Position numbers and translations under genes: made by a program. Shown here piece after piece: positions 11,901 to 24,300 of a stretch of DNA of 64,000 nt (positions are counted from its first letter, which is position 1; each line of letters opens with the position of its first letter). The stretch lies in NCBI RefSeq assembly GCF_030028105.1, contig NC_092396.1:18187820-18251819 (forward strand), written 5' to 3'. Under the pieces are notes generated by a model. That model made no database searches, was not told the origin of the DNA, and saw only the letters and a list, made by a program, of their open reading frames with translations. The DNA comes from Mobula birostris. Taxonomy: Eukaryota.

Positions 11901-14900
11901 ACTCTCACTGGGGTACAGTCTCACACACACTGACTCTCACTGGGGTACAGTCCCACACACACTGTCACTAGAGTACAGTTCCCCACACACTGACTCTCAC
12001 GGGGGTACAGTCCCACACACACTGACTCTCATCAGGGTACAGTCCCACACACACTGACTCTCACTGGGGTACAGTCCCACACACACTGACTCTCACGGGG
12101 GTACAGTCCCACACACACTGACTCTCACTGGGGTACAGTCCCACACACACTGACTCTCACGGGGGTACAGTCCCACACACACTGATTCTCACCGGGGTAG
12201 TTCCACACACACTGACTCTCATTGGGGTACAGTCCCACACTCTCTCTGGGGTATAATTCTACATTCTTATTGGGCACAGTTGCACCCCGTCACTGGCGTA
12301 CAGATCCACAGACACTAACTGTTACTTGGACAATAGGAACCATACTTTAAAGAAAGTAATTTTTTTGATACTTAAAGTAAGGCAGTTGAACTTATAAAGC
12401 CTGGAGACTGGAATGATGTCTGCCAAGTAGTAAATTAAGACGTGTTAGAAATACTGAGTGAAGTTATTCAGAGCAGCATTATCTTAACATAAGATATTGA
12501 GGAAGAAATCATAAACATAATAGATTCTACCGATGCTGGAAATCCTGAGCAACACACACAACATGCTGGAGGAACTCAGCAAGTACGGGAGCAGCTATGG
12601 AGGGAAATGAACAGTTGACATTTCAGGCCGAGATCCTTTATTAGACTTCTGACGAAGAGTCTCAGCCTGAAACATCAACTGTTTATTCCCCTCCTCAGGT
12701 GCTGCCTGGGATACTGATGAAAAATGGTTTTCAGATGATGGGTAGCAATCTAATCTAGAAACATTGGATATGGGTTCCAGGTGAACCTGGTTATCGATTG
12801 GGGTTGTGATGGCCTGAATGCCCTTTGTTCTTCCCATATTCTGATGTTCTAATAACTTGAATTATTTTCTTGTACAGTGTCTGGCGAGGAAAACCAGGCT
12901 GTAAATCTGAATGAATTGCAAGACTTGGACAACAGCTTCCTTCTGTGGAAATCTGCTATGACGGCTAGGGACAACCTGTATGACGCCATCAAAGACCAAG
13001 AGGCTGCTGAGCAATACAAGAATGGTAAAATCCTCTGGATCAGCGCTGTGGGCGCAGGGCACCATTCCCGTGTTCTGTCTGTTCACATAAGTGGGGTAGG
13101 AAGGATTATACATGGTGTGGTTCCAGTGCTGGCTCATCAATGTCTTAGTAAATCTTGAGATCAAGATGTTGACATTGAGCTCACTACCAGACAGACACCA
13201 GTGGTGAGGAATGTTGTGAAGCCACAGTCGGAATCCAACAGGGAGGAGACAGCAAGTCTCCTGCTGTTGTTAGAGAGCAGTGTAGAACTCTGGTCTAGGA
13301 TGGGACAGCACTGAGGCGGTGTATGCTGATGGTACCCGCCCCGGAGGTGCTGATCGGACAGTGTAAGAGGGGTTTTACAGTACCTATCATTTGTACTGTA
13401 AAAGGGAGAAAGAAAAAAACACGGAGTGCAGGAACTGCCCAGAACATCTTGAGACAAACAAAACTGAAATTTCAGGTTCTTGACCCAACCTGCACCTACT
13501 CTGCGAGGATTTGATGAGCAGACGTGTCTCGTTGAGCTGAACTGGATTGGATTCAGTATGAGCTGGAGATTCAGAGAGATGCACTGTGCAGGCACGTTGG
13601 TGGAGCCGGTCTGGCAGAGTTTCTGAACTCTTGGAGTTCCAGTTTATATCCCAACACCCTTTCACTTTTTTTTTAGATGTTACACAATATTGTAATAAAT
13701 TTTCTGGTGAACCAAGGAAGTTGAAAGGCAACACAGGGTCTAGGGCGAGTGAAAGGGAGTACAGGAAATAGGAATTGATTGGGAGCATGGAAACTGGGAC
13801 CCTGGTTCACAGAATGGGAGTGTGGGAACTCAGCTTTCAGAGAATGGAACAGGAGCATGGCAAACATCACCTGATGCTGAACCATCAGGATTTCTGAATA
13901 GTTGGCCAGTGGATTGTCAGAGTTTCAGGATGGGAAGTTTTGCACAAACAATCTGGGTTTGCATGTTACCTGCTCCCCTCCATGCACTCTCCCTTCTGTT
14001 TATCATCTGATTAAGCTGGCACTTCTGCTACTGAGCTTCCTACATATTTTGGGTTCAGGAGTTCAACTAAATGTTCCTTCCTTATTCACAGGTCTGAGAG
14101 ACACCAGTGACATCAGCTCCGGAAACCAGAAAGAGGTGAGAGTTCAGAGCATGCACCCTCCTCCGTCTTCCAACCACTTCATCGTCAGGTCTGCCATCGC
14201 TCACCCCTCACATCCATCACCGTCCACCTGTCCAACACCCTCGCCTGTTCATCACTTTCCACCTGTCCAACACCCTCACCTGTTCATCACTTTCCACCTG
14301 TCCAATACCCTCACCTGTTCATCATTTTCCACCTGTCCAACACCCTCACCTGTTCATCACCATCCACCTGTCCAACACCCTCACCTGTTCATCACTTTCC
14401 ACCTGTCCAACACCCTCACCTGTTCATCACCGTCCACCTGTCCAACACCCTCGCCTGTTCATCACTTTCCACCTGTCCAACACCCTCACCTGTTCATCAC
14501 TTTCCACCTGTCCAACACCCTCGCCTGTTCATTTTCCACCTGTCCAACACCCTCAGCTGTTCATCACCGTCCACCTGTCCAACACCCTCGCCTGTTCATC
14601 ACTTTCCACCTGTCCAACACCCTCACCTGTTCATCACTTTCCACCTGTCCAACACCCTCACCTGTTCATCACCGTCCACCTGTCCTCACCCTCACCTGCC
14701 CAACACTTAGCAGGATCTCCCAGTGGCCACGCATTTTGATTCCACGTCCCACTCCCATTCTGACATGACTATCCATGGCCTCCTCTACTGTAAGGATGAA
14801 GCCACACTCAGGTTGGAGGAACAACACCTTATATTCCGTCTGGGTAGCCTCCAACCTGATGGCATGAACATTGACTTCTCAAACTTCCGCTAGGCCCCAC

Positions 14901-17086
14901 CTCCCCCTCATACCCCTTCTGTTATTTATTTATTTATATACACACATTCTTTTTCTCTCTCTCCTTTTTTTCCCTCTGTCCCTCTCACCATACCCCTTGC
15001 CCATCCTCTGGGCTTTTCTCCCCCCCTCCCCCTTTTCTTTCTCCCTGGGCCTCCTGTCCCATGATCCTCTCATATCCCTTTTGCCAATCACCTGTCCAGC
15101 TCTTGGCTCCATCCCTCCCCCTCCTGTCTTCTCCTATCATTTCAGATCTCCCCCTCCCCCTCACACTTTCAAATCTCTCACTAACTCTTCTTTCAGTTAG
15201 TCCTGACGAAGGGTCTCGGCCCGAAACGTCGACTGTACCTCTTCCTAGAGATGCTGCCTGGCCTGCTGCGTTCACCAGCAACTTTTATGTGTGTTACTTA
15301 CCACTTGTCCTCAGTTTCACCTGTCGAACACCCTTTACTTGTCCCCAACCCTCTCCCTGATTTTCAGTCCCACATGTGTCTGCTAGACCCCAATGTTCAG
15401 TCAACAATACTGATGTTAGTTTCTTACCTGTATCTGCCCTGGAAATGTCTTTCTCCAACCGTTGGGGGAATGTGTTCACCATTAACTAGTCTGCTAACAA
15501 TCAATGTTTCAGTTTATAAGGAAAAGTTGCTACAAGGGCCAGAATTTGCTCAGTGAGTTGTCGTTCTTTTATCTTTTAGCATTAATTTCAGGTAGTATTC
15601 CAGAAACTTGTGCACAAAGATCCAGCATTGTGCTGGAGTGCAGGGGAGACATTTCACCAAGAGCTAGTCTGTGCTGACAAATGCAAAAGGTGCCAGGGTG
15701 CACACTTAATGAGAGCAGTGGTTTATTCTAACCACCCTTCTTCCTCCATCAACACTGCACAGACTTTATACTTTATTGTCGCCAAACAATATTAACGCAG
15801 ATCATCTGGTTGCCATCACATGATAGTTTGTGGGAGCTGCTCTCTGTAAAGTGAGAGCCACAGTTCCTACATTGGTGACTAGAATTCACTCTGAGTGTCC
15901 TGAGATTATGAAAAGTGAAAAAAAAAATCAAAGTATGTGTTTCTTTTATATCAGGGCACCTGAACAGGTGGGATTGGGTTTGGATCAGGGCTGGAGTCAG
16001 ATAAGGTTAGGATTAGACTAGGGTTTGAGGTGTGAGTAGACAGATTCTGATAAGAGAGGTGAAGCTGAGGTTCGGGTTGGGGAGTAGGCAAGCAGTGCGG
16101 GGATTTGAGTAGAACCAGGGTCGAAGGTAGGGAGTTGGGCAGGTCTTGTGAATAGGAAAAATCAAGAGCCGTAAATAGATGCAACATAGAAACAAGCCCT
16201 TCAGCCCACTGCGTCCATGCCAACCAGTGTTCTTGAGAGTATATGCCTAAATTGGCAAGAAACTCCTAAAGCAGTTTCTCATCTGCCATGGTAGTTTTGA
16301 GTAGTGATCATCATTGATTAATTAATTAGTAACAATAATCATGGACTTTCCTGTGAAAACATCTCACTGCTCTTGGGATTGTATAAAATCATTTTGCTGC
16401 TTTGTTTGCCAGTAAAGACAATCATTATGTGTCTTTTTATCATGGGTGGGATTTAAAGAATTGAGGGGCAGCACCCCATGCTGTATGACAACACATGCCA
16501 CCTTGGGAATGTGTGCCAACAGGTTCGCCAACCACGAACCACCTTAATTCTAGATTAATCCCACTTTATATTCTCCCCACATTCTTTTCACTTCCTCCTG
16601 ACTTTCCCACTCAAGGAAATTTACAGTAACCAATTGGTCCACCAATCTGCACGTCCTTGCTAAGTAGGAGGCAACCAGAGCACCTGGAGGAAATGCCCAC
16701 GATCATGGGGAAGGTGGAAAGTCCACACAGGCAGCATCTGAGGTGAGGACTGAACCCAGGTCTCGAGCACTGTGAGACAGTTGCTCAACTATCTGTACCA
16801 TTGTCCGACCTTAGGAAATTGAATGCATCAGTGTACAAGCTGGGGTTGGGAGCAGGTAGAGTTTGACATTATGAATTGGGGATTGGAAGTATATTGTAAC
16901 AAGGGCTGGAGAAATTAACATTTTGGAAGACCGTTCGAATTAGTTTTGGCCTGGCTCTGTTCTTTGCAGATTCTGTATGGAAGGTCAGGGGAAGCAGGGA
17001 CTGGCAGACTCTTACCTGGACGGAGCAGAAAACTAAACAAAAAGAGGAACAATTTCTCGGACTGTTTCTGGAAGTACTGCGTGTGA
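8836..17086 (+). CDS. uts2: Prepro-urotensin II, 4 coding exons (8836-8923, 12878-13024, 14092-14135, 16970-17086), 131 aa
   Basis: Hydrophobic signal peptide MSFVLLAGVLLLSGSYLFAIP. All introns GT-AG with compatible phases (1,1,0); 396 nt total. C-terminus ...KKR-NNFSDCFWKYCV-stop has the invariant cyclic CFWKYC core after a basic cleavage site and matches the elasmobranch UII dodecapeptide as I recall it. Confidence 0.97.
11035..12250. repeat. Minisatellite, ~32-bp unit (CACACACACTGACTCTCACTGGGGTACAGTCC), uts2 intron 1
   Basis: Roughly 38 directly abutting degenerate copies, no unique spacers. Confidence 0.97.
12878..13024 (+). CDS. uts2: uts2 exon 2 (propeptide)
   Basis: Acceptor ttttcttgtacag; VSGEENQAVNLNELQDLDNSFLLWKSAMTARDNLYDAIKDQEAAEQYKN; donor ATG|GTAAAA; phase 1-1. 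Confidence 0.85.
14092..14135 (+). CDS. uts2: uts2 exon 3 (44 nt)
   Basis: Acceptor ccttattcacag; GLRDTSDISSGNQKE; donor GAG|GTGAG; needed to convert phase 1 to phase 0. Confidence 0.85.
14200..14705. repeat. Minisatellite, 35-bp unit (CACCTGTCCAACACCCTCACCTGTTCATCACTTTC), uts2 intron 3
   Basis: About 14 tandem copies. Confidence 0.95.
14710..15300 (+). mobile_element. Penelope-like element 3' fragment (GIY-YIG C-terminus plus terminal repeat with hammerhead)
   Basis: VATHFDSTSHSHSDMTIHGLLYCKDEATLRLEEQHLIFRLGSLQPDGMNIDF followed by a pyrimidine tract and CTGACGA...GAAAC. Confidence 0.85.
15199..15234 (+). ncRNA. Minimal type I hammerhead ribozyme (PLE-borne)
   Basis: AGTC-CTGACGA-A-GGG(TCTCGG)CCC-GAAAC-GTC^-GACT; stem I AGTC/GACT, stem II GGG/CCC, palindromic ACGT stem III. 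Confidence 0.75.
16970..17086 (+). CDS. uts2: uts2 exon 4 encoding mature urotensin II (17048-17083)
   Basis: Acceptor ctgttctttgcag; ILYGRSGEAGTGRLLPGRSRKLNKKRNNFSDCFWKYCV*. Confidence 0.97.
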   Translation: MLYGRSGEAGTGRLLPGRSRKLNKKRNNFSDCFWKYCV

Positions 17087-17179
17087 ACGGGCCCACCCAA
17101 ACATTCCTTTCTCTCGGTTATTTTTAATACAATTCAAACACAATTTGGAAGTACTGTATGTAAATATATTCCAATGTCT

Positions 17180-17245
17180 AATAAACAAATCACTTATCAA
17201 AGTTGAGTGAGGCATCTCAGATTGTTTTATCTTCCCTTCAATAAA
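17180..17245 (+). terminator. uts2 polyadenylation signals
   Basis: AATAAA at 17180-17185 and 17240-17245 in the AT-rich 3'UTR. Confidence 0.65.
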
Positions 17246-17522
17246 AGCTGTGTATTTTACACCTGTGGACCTGCTCCTCTTCCAATGCTTGTCAGGCAAA
17301 GATTAGCAGCCATGTCACCCCTTTGCTAAGTCTGGGGATGAAGCTGAGAACACTGGGGTTCAGATGCAAGTGAAGCATGATAAAATTGCAGGAGAGTAAA
17401 TTTAATTTTATTGGGCATTATAATTTATAAAAAGCAATCGAGGAAACATTTTTGTTTCTTTTAAAACACTTGAACCATGCAATTAAATTATGCCCATGAA
17501 TGTTTAGCCCCAGTATTAATTG

Positions 17523-17528
17523 TTTATT
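17523..17528 (-). terminator. Probable psmb10 polyadenylation signal
   Basis: AATAAA on minus ~710 nt after the stop; a second one at 17407-17412. Confidence 0.5.
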
Positions 17529-18237
17529 CTTCAGTACACCAACCTTGTTGAACCACAATCCATCGCTCAAATCCAGGCTCGTAACTGGTTCGCTTTGTGG
17601 GATCGGGGCAGAGGTGGTTGCGTCTGGGCCTGAGTGAGTGGGCGGAAACTCTGCGAGGGAGGTCAGAGACTCCCAGAGCAGCTGAGTTGGAGGTTAGAGA
17701 CTCAGCATTGGCCGAGGAGATGGCCAGGGACACCAGGCCTGGAGGGAGAGCAAAGGTCCTGGCGTTGGCCAAGCAGGTGAGTGGGACTGGCCCAGAAGGA
17801 AATCAGAAGTCCCAAGAGGAGTCCATGATCCTGGTGTAGGCCTGAGTGAGAGACTCAGGGATTAGCCAAGTAAACGAGACCACTAGAGCAACAAGAAGGG
17901 AGGCCTGGAGCTGACCAGGTGGGAGGTCAGAGACCCCGATAATGAGAAGAGACTGGATGATCAGCCCTTTATGGTAGAAGGCTGATGTTGCAGAATCCAC
18001 AATTTCATTAGGCCCCTAGTCCTGCAGGAATTGTGCAAGTTAACTCGATCTGATTTTCTAAGTAAAGAAACTACTATGATAAAATTGATTGGGAAACTAT
18101 CTGTGATCGTGTGTGTGGTGGGGGGGGGGCGGGGGGAAGAAAATCTACAGCCAAACATTAAATGCATCTGCTTCCAAGAGAAATACATTGTCACAATCCT
18201 CCCGTTGGATCCTGGAAGGTGGATGGGATGCCACTCG

Positions 18238-18349
18238 TTACTCAGTATCCATCCTCTGTACAGCCTCCTCCACCAGCTCAGCTTTGAGATGAGTGACTGA
18301 TTCTGAAAGCACAGCAGTGGTGCCCGGTTTGTAACGGTACACGCCTTTC
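18238..18349 (-). CDS. psmb10: psmb10 exon 8
   Basis: [36 protein letters not shown]; 112 nt. Confidence 0.95.
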
Positions 18350-21300
18350 CTGTAAGAGACAGATTGGGTTAATAAGACACAGGGGACGTCGGTGGGGCGG
18401 GGGGTGAGGTATGGAATCACACTGTGGGGGTGGGAATTGGAAAGGCACACACAGGACGAGACCATCTGGCTCATTGTGGCTGCATCGGGCAACCAATTAG
18501 TCCTGTTTCCCAGATCGTTCAGATCTGCCCTCCCACTTTTTCCCCTTCAATTATTCACCTGATTCCACCTTGAAGACTAACTGTGCAATCTGCTTCCATT
18601 ACCCTCACAGGTAATGCATGCAGACAATCCCTCCCTGTGCAAAAGAGACTTGTCCACATACTTCTAGTCAAATCAGCGAGGATTGCGCTGGGCAGCCCAC
18701 AAGTGTCACCATGCCCACAACTTACTAACCCTAACCGCATGTCCCGGGAACATGGCAGGAAACCCCGCAGTCAGGGGAAACGTATAAACTCCTTACAGGC
18801 AGTGGCGAGAATCGAACCTTGAATAGTGATTGCTGGCATCATAAAGTGATGGTGCTAACTGCTATGCTGTTGTTCAGCCCCTTTCTCCTTTCAGAATTTC
18901 AATCATTTCATTACTATGTGGGATAATTCTGGCTTCTCCAGTTTGTCCACGTAACCGCAGGCTGCCAATAGAACTCTCCTCCACCCCTCTCGACCATTTC
19001 ATCCTCTGGTCTGGTGACCAAGATAGGCAGCATTCCTCCAGCAGCAAGATGTAGACATACAGTCTCCTCCTTGTTTTCCTATCCTGTGCTTATAATTGTT
19101 GTCCTCAGGTGGTCCCTGCCTTCTGCTGAATAACCCTGGGGGACCGGGTACTTACTTCTCCCCCTTTTTGCTGGGGCAATCGAATGCACGGAGAAACTCA
19201 GCCTTGTTTTTGGTGATGACACAGAGATCGACGTTACTCCCAGAGCCGAGGTCACAGAATATCCCGGCCAAAATGGCCTCGCGGACCAGCTGCTTGGCTT
19301 CTTCCTCCTGGAGATAAGAAATTGCACAATGAGCACAAGGATAAATCCCAGAGCCCAGGGCTGGAGACACTCAGTGCCCAAGAGTGAGAGAGGTCTAGGG
19401 CCCAGAGCCAGAGACACTCACTATCCAGGGGCAGGAAAGGCCCAGAGCCCAGAGCCGGAGACACACAGTATCCAAGAGCGGGGAAGGCCCAGGGCCTCGG
19501 GCCCAGAGCCGGAGACACTCCGTGTCCAAACTACAGTGACCAAGCAATTAGGTCAAAAATAACCAGGAGTATAGAGTTGGAGTGACATAAGGTCTAACAC
19601 TCGGAATCCAGGTAATGGAGTGACCCAGAGCTCAGGGTTAGATTAACCTGGACTGGTGTGACTCGGGGCATAGGACTGGAATAACTCAGGGCTCAGAGCT
19701 AGGTTGTTCCAGAGCTTAGGGCAGAAATAAACACAAGAGATTCTGCAGATGCTGGAAATCCAGAGTAACACATACAAATGTGAATCCAACAGATCAGGCA
19801 TCATCTATGGAAAAAAATAAATCTTGATTCCTTTCCATAGATGCTGCCTGACCTGCTGAGTTCCTCCAAATTGCATGTTTTACCCAGGGCAGGAATAACA
19901 TGGATTCTGGGCTGGAGAGATGTACACTCAGTGACCTCCTGTTAGGTACACATGTACACCTGCTCATTAATGCAAAATCTAATCAGCCAATCATGTGCCA
20001 GCAACTCAATGCATAAAAGCATGCAGACATGGTCAAGAGGTTCAATTGTTGTTTAGACCAAATATCAGAATGGGGAAGAAATGTGATCTGAGATACTTTG
20101 ACTGTGGAATGATTGTTGGTGCCAGACAGAGTGGTTTGAGTATCTCAAGAACTGCTGATCCTCCTGGGATTTTCATGCACAAACAGTCCCAGAGTTTACA
20201 GAGGATGGTGCGAAAAATTTTGTAAAATCCAGTGAGCAGTAGCTCTGTGGGCAAAAACACCGTGTTAACGAAAGAGGTGAGAGGAGAATGGCCAGACTGG
20301 TTCAAGCTGACAGGAAGGTGACAGTAACTCAAATAACTACATGTTACAACAGTAGTGTGCAGAAGAGTGTCTCAAATACACATGTTGAACCTTGAAGAGG
20401 ATGGGCTACAGCAGCAGAAGACCACAGTGGCTGCTTTATTAGGTTCAGGAGGTACCTAATAGATTTGGACTCAGAGCCAGGGTCATCCAAAGACCAGCAC
20501 TGGAGTACTGGAGGAACAGATGGTTTGAGTAAGAGAAAATGAGAGTTGGCGGAATGGCTGGGTGGAAGTTGTGGGGGAGAGGGTTGGGGAAGGAAGGACC
20601 TCAAGCACATTGTGGCGTCCATGAATAGCAAGAACTCCTCAACTACCTACTGCTCTTATAGTAATGAGAAGGATTTAGGACCTCCAATGGTTGGGATCAG
20701 TGCTTACTCACAGGTTGCTGGATAGGTTTAATTCAACTAAAAGGAAACAAGTCAAGTGCAAAATGGATATTATACTAGAGAGGGACTCCCAATCATAATC
20801 CAATAAAAAAAACTTTGTTTGGCTTCAGAGCTTCAAGACTGGGTATGGTGGTTTGGCCACAGTAGCTCACTTACCTCCATATTTGGCTTGTACTGATCCT
20901 CTAAAATAGCCATGGCAGCCCCTGAGCCAGAGCCTGTTGTAGAAGAGCACAGCACCAGTTATTATCCCGGTAAAGCCCCCAAGTTACAAGCACAGAGCTG
21001 ATTCGGGTCAGTTTACTCCATTATTTAAAATGCATAAATATGTAAATTTAGATGGGACCCTCAAGTTTTGTCTCATGAAACATGAAATATTACAAATGAG
21101 GCTTATAAAATTCTGAGGGGCGTTAACAAGATGGGCAATCAGAAAATCTTCCTGGGGTAGCTTAGAACTACAGGGCACAGGTTTGAGGTGAGAGGGAAGG
21201 TTTAAATCAGAGATGAGGAACATATCTTTCATACAGGAGGTGGTGAATTTTTTGGAACAAGCTGCCAGAGGAGGCAAGTGCAAGAACAACATTCAAAAGG

Positions 21301-24300
21301 CATTTGGATGGGTATAGAGAAAGTAAAGCCATTGAGGGATATGTTCCTAATGTGGCTGAAGGGATTGATATGGATAGGGCATTATAGTCGGTATGGACAA
21401 GGTGGGCAAAAAGATTTTGTTTCTATACTGTATGCTTCTATGATCTGATCGAAACTTATCGAATATTGAAAGGCATAGATAGAGTGGATATGGAGTGGAC
21501 GTTTCCAATAGTGAAGGAGAATAGGGCCAGAGAGCACAACCTCAGATTAGAAGTACACCCCTTTAGAACAGAGATGAGGAGGAATTTCTTTAGCCAAAGC
21601 GTGGTTAAGCTGTGGAATTCATTGCCGCAGATGGCTGTGAAGGCCAAGGCATTGGGTATATTTAAGTCGGAGATGGAAATGTTCTTGATTAGTAAGGGTG
21701 TCAAAGGTTACGGGGTGAAGGCAGAAGAACAGGGTTGAGAGGGATAATAAATCAGTCATGATGGAATGGCGGAGCAGTCTCAATGGGTTGAATGGCCTAA
21801 TTCTGTTCCTTTGTCTTATGATTCTATGGTTTCCTCATTTGGGGGAGGCACAATAGTGTACTGTTTTACCAGAGATCAAGGTTCAATTCCTGCCACTGCC
21901 TATGAGGCCTTTGTATGTTCTCCCCATGACCACGTAGGTTTCCTCTGGGTGCTCTGGTTTCCTCCCTCAGTCCAAAGACGTACCGGGTGGTAGGTTAATT
22001 AGTCATTGTGAATTGTCCTGTGATTGGGCTGGGGTTAGATCGGGGTTTGCTGGGTGGTGTGGCTCAAAGGGCCAGAGGGCCCTATTCCACACTGTGCCTC
22101 AATAAATAAATAATTTCTAGTGATTTGTCAGAGGGTTTGGAAGTTCAGTCACTGAGCGCGTTTTATACAAAGGTCTATGTTTTTGTAGATATTATGGGAA
22201 TATGAAATTAATATAGGAGGTTGGTGCTGAGATAAAAGAACAGCCATGATCCCATGGAATGGTAAAGCAGGCAAGAGGTCTCCATGGTGTATAATGCAAT
22301 CAGGACACGTCTTTCCTGCACCCACTTCCTGCATGAAGCGCTGACTCTCCTGGGCTCTCCATAGTGCCCCTGCCCAGTCTGCTTATGAGAGCCTTGCCAG
22401 GCTTTTTAACATCAGTCGGAGTTACCAGCTCACCCATATTAACCTGGATGTCCATGTACTTGTCTGGTTCGCTTACATTTAACAAGTTTTCAGAGTTTCT
22501 GCTGGTCTGCCTTATGTCAACTCTGTACATGGTGTTAACCATTCCTTACCCATGGAGGCGAAGGGCAGTGTGTCTGTGGAACCATGAGGATACACAGCAT
22601 ACAGGTGGGACCCTGTGCAGTCAACGCCCCCTACTATCACTGACAGTCCAATGTGCCCCTGGTACCTGCAGAAAGATAATGATAACATTGGATTTCAGTC
22701 AGGGGCTGGTCAACTCTTGGGCATTGACAGAGGAGTCAGGGGTGAACAAAGTTTGTTAACGGGCAGAAACGTCAGGAAGAAGTTGGAAGAACACACACCA
22801 GTCCTCAATGAGGGTAGTGCAAAGGGTAGCAACAAATTTCCGAGCGTCAGCATCTCTGAGGATCCATCCTGGACCCAACGCACTGACTCAGTCACAAAGA
22901 AGGCGTGCCAACGGCTCCACCTCATTTGGGACCATCACCAAAGACTAGCAAATTTCTACATTCTGCCAGGTTGCGCCACAGCCCGGGAAGGAGACTGCAA
23001 GATGCAGGATTGAAAGTGGCTGCAGGTGGTTGTAGGCTCACCTAGCTCCATTATGGGTACAACCCTCCCCAACCTTGAGAACATCTCCAAGAACATCCAC
23101 TAGTAAATGCCCTCTGGGACATGAAATCTACTCATCCACTATTAAATGCCTTCTGGGACATGCCATCTTCTCATCCACCATTAAATGCCCTCTGGGACAT
23201 GCCATCTTCTCATTCACCATTAAATGCCCTCTGGGACATGCCATCTTCTCATTCACCATTAAATGCCCTCTGAGACATGCCATCTTCTCATCCACCATTA
23301 AATGCCCTCTGGGACATGCCATCTTCTCATTCACCATTAAATGCCCTCTGGGACATGCCATCTTCTTATTCACCATTAAATGCCCTCTGGGACATGCCAT
23401 CTTCTCATTCACCATTAAATGCCCTCTGGGACATGCCATCTTCTCATCCACCATTAAATGCCCTCTGGGACATGCCATCTTCTCATCCACCATTAAATGC
23501 CCTCTGGGACATGCCATCTTCTCATTCACCATTAAATGCCCTCTGGGACATGCCATCTTCTCATTACTACCATTAAATCCCCTCTGGGACATGCCATCTT
23601 CTCATCCACCATTAAATGCCCTCTGGGACATGCCATCTTCTCATTCACCATTAAATGCCCTCTGGGACATGCCATCTTTTCATTACTACCATTAAATCCC
23701 CTCTGGGACATGCTATCTTCTCATCCACCATTAAATGCCCTCTGGGACATGCCATCTTCTCATTCACCATTAAATGCCCTCTGGGACATGCCATCTTTTC
23801 ATTACTACCATTAAATCCCCTCTGGGACATGCTATCTTCTCATCCACCATTAAATGCCCTCTGGGACATGCCATCTTCTCATTACTACCATCAGGGAGGA
23901 GTTACAGGAATCTGAAAATGCGCCTTCAATGTTTTAGAAACAGCTTCTTCCCCTCTGCCATCAAATTTCTGAGCAGTCCGTGAACCCACGAATACTACCT
24001 TGCTATTCCTCTTTTGGACTATTTGTTTATTTTTTTGTAATTCTTCTGTCTTGCACTGTTCTGCTGCTGCAAAACAATGACTTTCCTGACATATATCAGT
24101 GATAATAAGTCTGATTCTGATCAAAATTTGAAAGGGGGCCCATCTTTTGCCTTCATTAGGTCCTGCGTCAAGGATAGGGGGGTCTATAAAAACTTAGCTG
24201 GAACCCTGCTCATCATTTAGGGGTGACTGGGCAGAATTGCTGTGTGCTGCCTTCATCCGGCTGTGATCTGAAAAAGACGATGTTCTGGAGAAAGGGAGAT

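Noticed and set aside
11035-12250. CRISPR-like regular array (also 14200-14705 and 23105-23890)
   Set aside because: Units abut directly with no unique spacers, there are no cas genes, and the context is vertebrate intron: these are minisatellites.
13902-14768. 288-aa ORF (and 23075-23695, 206 aa)
   Set aside because: Open only because the tandem repeat units lack stops; only 14092-14135 is a supported exon.
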